DNA from: a virus
Lineage: Duplodnaviria; Caudoviricetes
IMG/VR virus record: IMGVR_UViG_3300024331_000007
Coordinates: 192,001-256,000 of that record
Reading direction: 5' to 3' (one strand)
DNA: 64,000 nt
Numbering within the stretch: the stretch's first letter is position 1; each line of letters starts with the position of its first letter. A program made the position numbers and the translations under genes. The notes beneath the pieces are model-generated. The model saw nothing but the letters and a program-made list of their open reading frames with translations, did no database searches and was not told where the DNA came from. Below, piece by piece: positions 48,476-58,835 of this stretch.

Positions 48476-51400
48476 TTAAACTCCCACGACAGGTGGGTTT
48501 ATAAACGAACTGTTTGGAAACTTGATATAGATAGCTCCATCGTCATCATTTAAAAATACATCGGATGTATCAAAGAACGTACCAATATCTGTGAAGTTGG
48601 TTGTTCCTTCAGTAATGATAACAATGCAATTCTCAGTCGTCAAATCGAAACTGGATTCTGTAGTTAAATCATCGTCGGGAACACCCTGATCAAACTGAGT
48701 TAATTCAGATGACCACCATCCTGCAACAATGACCACATTGACATTTGCAAAGGCATTTCCAGTTGGCAATAAGCCCAGATTAGCAAGAGGAGTATTATTT
48801 CCGTCATAAAGAATAAATGGACTGCCAGTGATGTTCTGGATGTATAGTTCATTGTCTGCTCCTATTCCTGCTTGTATACCCTGTATGTCATAGCTATTGA
48901 TGATGGCGGCAACGTTAGATATATCGGCAATATTTGATGGCAAATTAACAACTATATTTCCAGTGTATGAATAAGTTCTGGGCGTGAGGTCTGGAGCGAA
49001 GGCAATAGGAGCGGCTGGATTAATCGTGAAGCTGCTATTGGCAGTCAAATTCAAGCTATAGGCATAACCCGCAGATGTTGTCTCAGAGATACCATTGGCA
49101 TTATTGACCAAAAATGAAACAGGCGTCGATGATACTACTGGGAATTTTCCATTGTTATTGGCATTGGTCATACCCTGAATAACCATCTGTGTTCCAGCAG
49201 GAACTGCATTTCCTGTGTTCGTTTCAATTACAGCATAATTTGCGTTACTGCCAGAAACAGTCACAGCAGAAATCTGGGCTGTAATATTCTTCGCAACTAA
49301 TGTTACGCGGGGACGCGGGTCCCAATTCTGGCTGTATCCCGCATTCCAAACCAATCTATCTGTAATTGCGTCGATAGTCTCCACAGCAGGACCAATAGTG
49401 TTATAGTATTGCTGTAGATAGAACATGATTCTCTTCCCTGTTCCCGGTTTGCAATACAACAGAGGAATTGCAGGCACAAAACCCAGAATTTGTCCATCTG
49501 GTTGAATGTCCCGCATCCAAGAAGGCAGGAAGTTATAGTCGAAACCATTTAAATGGGTATTCAACTGGTGAATCATGTTCGGTAATGTTGCAGGGAAGGC
49601 GTTTTTTGGACCCGCTGGAGTATTATAACTAACGGGACCAGAAAAAGTCTGATAACTTGTATTTGTGAACTCGTCCAAAGGTTCAATATAGATAACCTCG
49701 TATCCTTCCGAGGAAGATCGCGCCCACTTCAGACCATTAAATAGATATTTCTTATTATGGAAGTATCTTTCAATTGCTTCCTGAATGGTATCTGGGATTT
49801 CTGGGCTGATTCCATAGGCCAATAGCATTCTAACATGCTGAGCAATACCAAAATAGAAGTCATCCTGACGGAAGATATCATCATTGGACACGATAGACTC
49901 ATCATTCAATGGAGTGAACAGAGTATTCATATCTGTATCGCCCAAAAGAAATTCCAGACTTAAATTAGTTGGTGGTGCGGCAGTAATACTGTTTGGTATA
50001 GTTGTTTTCAGGTTTAATGTGAAGTCTCTCGTTACCTGAATGAGCGTCTGGAAGTTCTCAGTGACAACATTGGCACCACTAAGATCAGTTTCAGTGAAAT
50101 CGATGGGGCGATTCTGTCCAATTGACGCTGTAACTGTAAAATCAAAGGTGCGATCAAAGATTGTTTGATTCTGGTCAACAATTGTTGTCTGATCCATAGA
50201 AAAATATTGACTGGATGGCAGACCAACAATAAGTCCATTGGACAATAGCTGGCAACCAGCAGGAATCGTACCTCCTGTTAGCTCATACTTAATAGGATTG
50301 GTCGGTGTAATTCTGCTGCGACCCAGAATTGTAACCTTTGGAATGGCCTGATAGTTATGACCAGTCGTATCCACGATAACATTGGATAATGTACCGTTGA
50401 AAATACGCGCTTCCGCTGTGGCTGTTACAGACTCACCCGCAGGTTCGAATCCTACTGTTGCTGTATCATAGAATCCACCTCTGGTTAGGATATTAACTTG
50501 ATCCACTCCGAAGTCCAAACCGAATATAGCATTAAGAGCATTGGCATTTCCAGTGGAATTAGTCCAGATAACAGTTAGTCCATCAGGTAATTTAGTATAT
50601 TCCTGCACAATTGTTGGGTCGATTGTAACCTCAGTAATTGTTCCTGACGCACTTACGTTAGACACAATGATATTGGCACTGTTCGCACTAATTCCACCGG
50701 GAACTGTGAAGATAGAACCGTTCGCAAAAGCGTTACCACCATTAATAATCTCAACACCAACCAATTTTAATGTGCAATTAGCTGTTGCTGTTTGGATAGA
50801 AGGAGCAGTGAAAGGCTCAATGATTGAGGCATGAACGTCCAGACTGCTTGGAACGCCAGCAAAGAGGTTTCCAAGGTTATTCTGGCTATCCCAGACAATG
50901 CTATTGTCTGCTGGATTCTCAACAGTCAGTGTGCAAAAGGCTGTTGTTTGTAAATGACTATTCGTAAAGACGTTTGCACTCTTATAGGCAATGACTTGGA
51001 ACTCGTATGGAGTAGGCAAAGTCAGATCGCGGTTAATATAACCAGACAACCACCCTGTAATTGGATTGATCGTGACATTGCCCGGTATAGCATCTCCATT
51101 AATAAGGAGATAATTCAGTGTATTATCTTCGAAGTCTTCAGTGCGAAACTGGTAAAGGATCGAGTCACCGTCCACAACACCCAAATTGATGTTGGCAAAG
51201 TCCGAAGAACAAACATTCAGACCGAAAGTAGCATCCAAAAAGATTGGATCATGATACACAGGACCAGAAACATTTGCGTTGGCATTATTAAACAGGTCTT
51301 GGCGCTGAATTGTCAGACTGAAATCCGCAGTATTTTGTGCATCGTACTGGACTGTGAAGTCGTATGTCCGAGAATTGGCGCTGTGAGGCAGGTTTGGCTT

Positions 51401-51931
51401 GCCAGCCTCTTTGTTTGGATAGATGAAACCAGAATCGTACAGGACAACAGGGCTTACATAGCCTGTAATGTCGCCTGTCTCTGGGTTCAAAACAAGTTGG
51501 TCTGGAAGACTACCAGAAACGATAGTCATATTCGTCGGCCAGTTTGGTGTGGCAGTTAGTGGGGCAACTGTGGAATACAAATATTGACCATCTGGAAAAA
51601 TGCCCAGATCGGAATTAGGAAACAAATATGAAGGTTCTTGATCTAATACATTAAAAGAGAAGGCTCTATCCGAAATATTTCCTACATCAGTAGATGCTCT
51701 TATTGTAAAGGTAGACAAACCAGTTATTGCATCAACAGAAGTAGACCCCCAAATTGATGGAAAAGGTAGACTTGGTTGATTAAAGGGGCCAGTGATTGTT
51801 AAGCCAATAGGAAGATTTCCTGCTATAATAGAAAAAGAGTTAGCTCCAGAACATGAAATAGCTACATTGCAAGGTTCACCTTTTGCAATGTTTCCTAATG
51901 ATCCAGCGGGGGTTGTCCAGACGATAGCCAT
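48476..51931 (-). CDS. Baseplate wedge-like large structural protein
   Basis: MAIVWTTPAGSLG, repeated putative Ig (G.LP.GL.L...G.I.G) modules, FDxTTF-like tail; TAAATA-5 nt-ATG 51931. Confidence 0.7.
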   Translation of the reverse strand: MAIVWTTPAGSLGNIAKGEPCNVAISCSGANSFSIIAGNLPIGLTITGPFNQPSLPFPSIWGSTSVDAITGLSTFTIRASTDVGNISDRAFSFNVLDQEPSYLFPNSDLGIFPDGQYLYSTVAPLTATPNWPTNMTIVSGSLPDQLVLNPETGDITGYVSPVVLYDSGFIYPNKEAGKPNLPHSANSRTYDFTVQYDAQNTADFSLTIQRQDLFNNANANVSGPVYHDPIFLDATFGLNVCSSDFANINLGVVDGDSILYQFRTEDFEDNTLNYLLINGDAIPGNVTINPITGWLSGYINRDLTLPTPYEFQVIAYKSANVFTNSHLQTTAFCTLTVENPADNSIVWDSQNNLGNLFAGVPSSLDVHASIIEPFTAPSIQTATANCTLKLVGVEIINGGNAFANGSIFTVPGGISANSANIIVSNVSASGTITEVTIDPTIVQEYTKLPDGLTVIWTNSTGNANALNAIFGLDFGVDQVNILTRGGFYDTATVGFEPAGESVTATAEARIFNGTLSNVIVDTTGHNYQAIPKVTILGRSRITPTNPIKYELTGGTIPAGCQLLSNGLIVGLPSSQYFSMDQTTIVDQNQTIFDRTFDFTVTASIGQNRPIDFTETDLSGANVVTENFQTLIQVTRDFTLNLKTTIPNSITAAPPTNLSLEFLLGDTDMNTLFTPLNDESIVSNDDIFRQDDFYFGIAQHVRMLLAYGISPEIPDTIQEAIERYFHNKKYLFNGLKWARSSSEGYEVIYIEPLDEFTNTSYQTFSGPVSYNTPAGPKNAFPATLPNMIHQLNTHLNGFDYNFLPSWMRDIQPDGQILGFVPAIPLLYCKPGTGKRIMFYLQQYYNTIGPAVETIDAITDRLVWNAGYSQNWDPRPRVTLVAKNITAQISAVTVSGSNANYAVIETNTGNAVPAGTQMVIQGMTNANNNGKFPVVSSTPVSFLVNNANGISETTSAGYAYSLNLTANSSFTINPAAPIAFAPDLTPRTYSYTGNIVVNLPSNIADISNVAAIINSYDIQGIQAGIGADNELYIQNITGSPFILYDGNNTPLANLGLLPTGNAFANVNVVIVAGWWSSELTQFDQGVPDDDLTTESSFDLTTENCIVIITEGTTNFTDIGTFFDTSDVFLNDDDGAIYIKFPNSSFINPPVVGV

Positions 51932-51936
51932 ATCAA

Positions 51937-51942
51937 TATTTA
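51937..51942 (-). promoter_or_regulatory. T4-like late promoter TAAATA (exemplar of at least 15 copies)
   Basis: Also at 7327, 13467, 17650, 18628, 21399, 23197, 32554, 37554, 43815 (minus) and 1070, 23247, 35021, 46114, 51954, 62633 (plus); precedes structural and endonuclease genes. Confidence 0.75.
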
Positions 51943-51953
51943 GCAATCGCTGA

Positions 51954-52022
51954 TAAATACAAATGCCAACCGCGAGTCTGAACACTCCGTTGGCTCTAAT
52001 GTCAGAGAGGACATCAGCTATG
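51954..52022 (+). ncRNA. Structured 5' leader motif, copy 3
   Basis: TAAATA-caaat-GCCAAC-CGC-GAGT-ctgaac-ACTC-C-GTTGGC-tcta-ATGTC-agagag-GACAT-cagct-ATG. Confidence 0.8.
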
Positions 52023-52670
52023 AATATTTATATCGCTCCCTTTTCTCAACTACTGATATTCTATGTGTATTCCTATTTGAGAGAAGACGGAACTCCATAC
52101 TATATAGGTAAGGGCATTCGCGATAGGGCATTTAATCCACGACATCGCCTAAAACCAAAAGACCATACCCGTATCCAAATAATTTCTGAAAATATGAATG
52201 AAGCTGATGCATTTCAATTAGAAATGTTACTTATTTATTTTTATGGTAGGTCTGACTTGAATAATGGTATACTCCATAATCTCACGAATGGCGGTGATGG
52301 GTTGTTTGGTCATGTACAAACCGACGAAACTAAAAAGAAAAGATTGCCGTCTCTAATAGGAAATAAGAGGGCCTTAGGTAATCATCACAGTGAAGAAACA
52401 AAGAGAAAGCAACGAGTATCAAAAATAGGTGTCAAAAATCCATTCTTTAATAAAACTCATACTAAAGAGGTTATAAAGAAAATTTCACTAGCTAATAAAG
52501 GTAAAATTGTTTCTAAAGAAACTCGCCTAAGGATGTCGGAAGCACAAAAGAAAGTTCCTAGAAAAGGAACAGTTTCGCCAAACAAGGGAAAAACTATGAC
52601 CTCTGCTCAAAAATTGAAAATCAGTTTGGCTAAGAAAGGAACAATCCCTTGGAATAAGGCAAGACGCTGA
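52020..52670 (+). CDS. GIY-YIG homing endonuclease with NUMOD3 repeats (antisense insertion)
   Basis: FYVYSYLREDGTPYYIGKG...LHNLTNGGDG; HSEETKRK, HTKEVIKK. Confidence 0.85.
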   Translation: MNIYIAPFSQLLIFYVYSYLREDGTPYYIGKGIRDRAFNPRHRLKPKDHTRIQIISENMNEADAFQLEMLLIYFYGRSDLNNGILHNLTNGGDGLFGHVQTDETKKKRLPSLIGNKRALGNHHSEETKRKQRVSKIGVKNPFFNKTHTKEVIKKISLANKGKIVSKETRLRMSEAQKKVPRKGTVSPNKGKTMTSAQKLKISLAKKGTIPWNKARR

Positions 52671-52674
52671 AGCC

Positions 52675-53432
52675 TTAGTTAATCGTGGTTGTCTCGTCCT
52701 GATAAACAATTGTGACTTTGTTTTGTTGGTATAGTTCCTTCAGGGCTATCGCTATTGTTTCGGCTCTGGATTTCAGGGTGAACGTCTCAAGAGGATACAG
52801 AGGATACTGAATTATTTCGACAATGAAGCCGGGTTCCTCTCCCTTGTTGGGCACACCAGCAGCACTTACATTTCTGTAGATGAACTTAGTTGGAGTTATA
52901 GTAACGCAGAAGCCAATGGAATTACAAAAATCATGCAGAAAATTTTCAGCTTCCTCAATGGGGATGATTGCTTCGCTATAACCAACTCTTTGCCCAACAA
53001 ATATCTGGGCGGTAAAAGTCTTTTCTTTGACGGCTGTTCTGATTGCAGTTGTGTCGTTGATTGCGCTGTGAGTTGGTGAAATATAGGTTGTCTTACTCAT
53101 ATACATAACTCCGTTTTCAATGATGCCAGTTTCAATCTAATGTCGTTAATGAGAGTCTTTCTGGCGCGTTCCTGTTCCAATGTTACAGTGGAAAATTCAG
53201 TGCAATGCAGCAACCAATAATATTGTTCCTCGACTTCTTCGATCATTCGAAGACGCATTCTGGTATAATCAGCCGCATCCTCCCACATCTGTCTATGGTC
53301 AGTATTCCATATATGTTTGGCACCCAGATCAACTGTCCAAATATCTGACTTATAGGAATCACCATCATCGAATCCTGTTTTTGGTTCTTTCCAATACAGT
53401 CGCACAAATCCTTCGCTATAAGATTGGGCCAT
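52675..53432 (-). CDS. Two hypothetical proteins (52675-53100; 53097-53432)
   Basis: ORF track; CVTITPTKFIY...GEEPG...IQYP motif in the first. Confidence 0.55.
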
Positions 53433-55246
53433 TAGTCGTAGTACTCCCCTTCCGTCCAGCGAACAGTATGAGTTACTTTCTCAGTGTGCTGACCGGGGTG
53501 GTGCATCCATCGATTGCAGGTCCCAATAACATGATGAGTTGATCCTTTGGCGAGTCTGGTATTGTTGCAATAGATATGACCAATCGCACATAAAATGTAT
53601 CGAAATAGTTTCATTAGTTCTCCAACATGTACATCATTTGATGTTCAACATAATGCCAAGCATATTCCCATGCGCCTTCTTCTGTGTACTTACTGGTGGA
53701 AATAATACTGCCATTGCGATCAATCACAATATCGTAACTATATCGAACAACATCTGTGAAGATGCCATTATCCATCCTGTAATAATAAGTTTTTCTATTG
53801 TGCTTTAAACAATAAGCCTCGGGATATATTTCAAGGACCTTTTCCTTAAAATCTATGACTCCAGAATCTTCATTGTTTGGTATTCTATCCACGTCCATGC
53901 ATCTCTCCAAGATTCTTCCTCACTGTTTCCAACCCCGATAGTATGATGACCTGATCCCGTAACATAGTGCCATACTACGCTTCTACTATAATATGGAAAC
54001 CCGTCCACAAATGTTGCCGATGGATAAACAGCCAGAACTTTGGCTTTATAGTCTATGACTCCAACTTCTTCAGCATCTCGTTCTGAATGTAATACCATGC
54101 GTTTTGCCATGCACCATACTCCCAATAAGTATTTCGTGCCATCTGAACATCGCCGTTCCAAACATCAAAATATCTGCAACTAGTTATTCCATCGGGCTTG
54201 ACTGCGCGATTCCAGCCATGTTCAATACAGGTTGCCTCTGGATAAACAGCCAGAACTTTGGCTTTGTAATCTATTTCTCCAGCTTCGCCATCATTTGTGC
54301 TGATATTATTGTCCACGCTCTTTCCCACGCCCGTGTTTCGCTATCACAATGAGGACTCAATATATAAAATGTGAATCCTCTTTCCTCGGGTATTTCTGGT
54401 GACGCTCTGGATAGAATCACATAGGTCAATTCCAAGTAGTTCGCAACTCGGACTGGCTTCTTACAAAAGGCCAAAGGATAAATGGACTTGACTAATTCCT
54501 CGTAATTTATTCTCCCAGCTTCTCCAGCATTTCCCTCTGTATGTTCTGCCACGCCACTATCCATGCTGTTCCTCTCGTTCGTGTGCTTCCATGCAGCCAT
54601 TGCCACGTTTCCTGTCCTTCCCAATGAATAGACCATTGCCAAGTCATATCCATATCCCACGGTTCTCGGTGAATCATTCTGGCATTTGGAAATGTGGCTA
54701 GAACATGAGCACGAGCTATATTACCAAAATTACCAATATCTTCAGTGCGATAATGTTCCTGAGTATTCTTCATATGCTATCTCATTGTACATTTATTGTC
54801 GAAGTTTTTCCATCATCATTTCGTTTACTGTATCCCATGCTCTCGACCAAGCTTCCAAAGGACTATCACCAATTCCCATATTGAACCCATTTAGTTGCGG
54901 AGGTTCTTTCTTGTATTTGTGCATCTCCCCAGAATAAATTATGTACATTGGCGGGAAGGTTTTCCAACCATCTCTGACTGTCATATTGGCATTTGGGTAT
55001 GCCGTATGAACCAGCTTCATGAGTTTTCGAATTTTGCGAGTAGTTCTTGCTGAATCGATTTCCACGCTCTTTTCCATGCCTCCCTTTCTGTTTGTGCGTA
55101 CGCTCTGATGAACTGGTTTATGGATTGTTTGCTCCATGTGACCAAATAATATGGCGGTTCGTTTCTATTATTCTCACCAATATTCTTGCCATCATTAAAC
55201 ATGAGGCTGGCATCAGGATAAATCTTCAGCACTTTTTCTTTAACTG

Positions 55247-55471
55247 TCATTTTTCCAGCTTCATCAGCATAATTGCATTGATATATTCCATTGCCATTTC
55301 CCATGCTTCGGAATATGAGCTACGAATGGACACGTCCAGATACTATTCGTATCCATGTTTAGTTTTGTTTCCGCTGCACACAACATACCCTTTATTATCT
55401 CTGGAGTATGCTGTTACGACTCGCGCACTAGGATAGATGTTCGTCACGAAATGTATTGGATTTTCTTTCAT
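55247..55471 (-). pseudogene. Family A unit with in-frame TAG
   Basis: MKENPIHFVTNIYPSA...KHGYE*(55343-55345)YLDVSIRSSYSEAWEMAMEYINAIMLMKLEK*. Confidence 0.8.
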
Positions 55472-57470
55472 CAGTCTGCCAACTTGTCCAGCATTTTCTT
55501 GTCCATAATCTTTCGCCCCAAAGACCACATTTTCCGAGAAGATAAAGGTCCATGAATAAGTGAATAGCCTGATCCATCGCCATCCAGCACAAATACGATA
55601 TATCGTTCGTCTCCTTGAGTTGGGTAGAACTGGGCGTTTGGAAAATATTTCTTCACATATTTTTCATCTTTGGTCATGATTCCAACTTTTGCAGCATTAA
55701 TTCAGCTATGATTTTCTTTGCTTCTCTCCAAACTATTGATTCGTCCTCTTCTATGCGATGCCAAATCCATCCCAAAGTTAAATATGGCTCTCTTTCAGTT
55801 CCAATTGAAATTGCTGCCTGAGCATAATTCCATCGTATGAGTTTAGCCTCGGGATATATTGATAGAACACACTCTTTATCTGTCATGATTCCAGCACCAT
55901 AACCATACATCTTAGAATTGCTGACTTTGCTGATTCCCATGCCTCTTCTTCTGTCGGTAACCCCGAAAAACTGAAATATGAATTTTCGGGATATCCAGTG
56001 TATGCTCTAAACCTGTATAGATCATCCTTTGAATACGGATTTTTCACAATAAAAGCATTTGGATATGAGTTCACAACAAACTCTTTTGCTGTCATGACGC
56101 CAGTTTTCTCATCATTCTTGCATTCAGTATTCTTTTTGCATCGTTCCATTGAACTGACTCCCTTTTACTTGCCTTGATTAAGGCCCATGACCCATAATGT
56201 TTGCCTTCGTACTCAATGATTAAAAAGTCTTCAGTATCAGGCAGCTTTTCAAACCTAGCATTAGGAAAGACAGATAGTACAAACTCTTTGGCTGTCATTC
56301 TTCAAACTTCTGTAGCATCCTTTTCGTTATTTCCTGCCTGACATATCTCCATGCTGCTCTCGTATCCTTATACGTATACCAACCATATGTTACCCATAAA
56401 TAGTTGGGTGGCCGTCGCTCTAGGTATATTGCAATGAGATTACGGTCCACGCACCAGCGAACAAGGTTGGCTTCTGGATACACCGATCTAACAAATTGCT
56501 TATCAGTCATGATGCCAGCTTTCTGATCATCTCAAGTTCAATATTTTCCTTCAATCTTTTCCAAACTTCGCGCGCATCATTTCCAGTCATGACATATAAT
56601 TGAGTATTCGGTTCCAACCGATATGTGGAATAACCAGTGACGTATTCAGAATCAACCCATGCATGAGGGTATAATGATTTTACAAACTGCTTATCAGTCA
56701 TTGTGCAAGTTTCCTCAGCATTTCGACTTCAATACTTCCTCGCAATCCCGTCCACACTTCGTCTTCATTACTGCGTCTGGTAACTGTCCATTCTTCTTTT
56801 TCAAGTTTAAATAGGCAGTATCCAGCAATATAATGGGTCATAACCTCAGCCTGAGGATACATCGATAGAACGAACTCTTTATCGGTCATAATGCCAACTT
56901 TCTCAGGATGCTTTTGTTCAGTATATCTCTGGCAGCTTCCCATGCTGCCTCTTCTGTTTCGTACATCGGTATAGACCAATTTGATGCATACACGCCGACA
57001 ATATAGAATCGGCCCGGTTCTGGAGTTGTATAGGTCGCGCAGAACGCATCTGGATTAAGGCTTTGAACAAATTCTTTAGCCGTTAACTCGCCAGCTTGTC
57101 CAGAATCCGTCCGTTTGTTATTTTCCTTGCTCCGCACCACGCTTCCTCTTCTGTATTGTGAAGAATTGTTCTGCTGTCCATAAAACCCAGATTGAAAACA
57201 TAGTAGTATGTTTTCCAATTATATCTGTCTGGGCATACACATGCCTCAGGATAAATTGCAAGAACGAACTCTTTATCTGTCATTCTTCTAACTTCCTAAT
57301 CATTGCAAAATTAATATCTTCTCTGGCGTACCGCCAAGTCATGTTCTCTGTTGTTTCAGCGCAATATCCTATTGTCTTATAAGGAGAATGACCAATCTCA
57401 ATGCACATACCAGATTTAAATGAAATAAATTTGGCGTTTGGATAAACAGCCAACACGAACTCTTTGTCAG

Positions 57471-57689
57471 TCATTGTTCCAACTTTCTCAGCATATTCCA
57501 CTCAATGATTTCTCGTGCATCTTTCCATGCGTTCTCTGGTGAATTACAAAGTCCACTCAGAGCTTCAAAACTATAGAGTCCCATTCCTCGTACTACCTAA
57601 TATTGTTCTGGCGCGTTACCATAATCCTCACCGACTATTTTAATCGCTGCATTTGGGTGAAACATTCGAACAAATTGTTCAGGTGTCAT
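57471..57689 (-). pseudogene. Family A unit with in-frame TAG (absent from ORF track)
   Basis: MTPEQFVRMFHPNA...PEQY*(57597-57599)VVRG...SPENAWKDAREIIEWNMLRKLEQ*. Confidence 0.85.
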
Positions 57690-58130
57690 ACTATTGAGTC
57701 GTTTCCCTCTAACTTATTCAGCATTCTTTGTCCAACTCTTTCTCGTGCTTCGGCCCATGCCTCATCTGGAGTTTCACAAGTTCCAGCAACCCAATCGTAA
57801 CAAACTTTACCATCAAATCGTATTACAATATAACCAACGTTGTTTTTGTATCGCCAACTCCAGCATGTTGACAATTGAACATCATCATACACGCTCATTA
57901 GGAACTCTTTATCTGTCATGATTCAAATGCCTTTAAGGTTTCCGTCAATATTCGTTCTTTACCATTGCGCCACATTTCTTCTTCAGTATCTCCCGACACA
58001 CAAAACGTAACTATCGATGCATGATGACCTGTTCGAGTGGCCCAAATTTCATAGCCTTTTTTACCCGACCAAAACACCTTTGTACGATATATTCGTGGAT
58101 ACACCGATCTAACAAATATCTCGTCTTCGG

Positions 58131-58381
58131 TCATTGTTCGAGTTTTTCCACCATTCGTCTTTGTGTTGTTAGCCACGCTCGTCTCCACGCTTCTTTAGCA
58201 TTCCACGGCGGAAGCCACCCCAATTTTTTATATTCGGGGGATCATTGGGTTGAGATGATAAATTGTCATACCAAATATAACCTTTAAAAGAATCAGTATT
58301 TCCAACCCACTGAATGACTTCCTTAGTCTGTGTTAGATATGCCTTTGGAAAAACCGACAGAACTTTTTGTCGATAACTCAG
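58131..58381 (-). pseudogene. Family A unit split by a -1 frameshift at an A6 run (pseudogene or programmed frameshift)
   Basis: Frame 0 LSYRQKVLSVFPKA...PPNIKN; -1 frame KKLGWLPPWNAKEAWRRAWLTTQRRMVEKLEQ*; A AAA AAT at 58229-58223. Confidence 0.75.
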
Positions 58382-58613
58382 GCGCTTTCTAACTTGTCCA
58401 CCATGTCTTTTAGTATCTGTTCCCATGCCGCTTTCCATGCCTTCTTTGAATCATAAATTCTGTCACACAATTTTACAGTCTCGTAGTAATTGTTCCAGAA
58501 TCCTTTACATTCAGCCCTGTACTGAACTGATCCGTACCAAAACTCTGCGTTCGGATGAATCTGAAGAACTCGCTGCCTGTGCGTCAGGTGTTTTCGAACA
58601 TTCGTTTTAACCG

Positions 58614-58835
58614 TCATCGCTCTAACATTCTTAGCATTGTTTTTTCGTCATCCAGAATCTCAATCATTTCAGGGTCCATTTCGCAAAAGCAACCACCACG
58701 AATCTCCATATAGACTCGTCCGTCGTGACATTCAAACACCTTACCCAATTCAGATATGTCCTGCCATTTGATAAAAGGTCTGGTATGCCACACCCAATCT
58801 CCAACATTTATGAGTTTGCCATTCTTATCTTTCAT
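58614..58835 (-). CDS. SH3-like family C gene embedded in the family A array
   Basis: MKDKNGKLINVGDWVW...DEKTMLRMLER; ATGA overlaps on both sides. Confidence 0.8.
   Translation of the reverse strand: MKDKNGKLINVGDWVWHTRPFIKWQDISELGKVFECHDGRVYMEIRGGCFCEMDPEMIEILDDEKTMLRMLER

Noticed and set aside
50442-50452. GGTTCGAATCC T-loop motif
   Set aside because: Inside the baseplate CDS on the opposite strand, with no cloverleaf around it.
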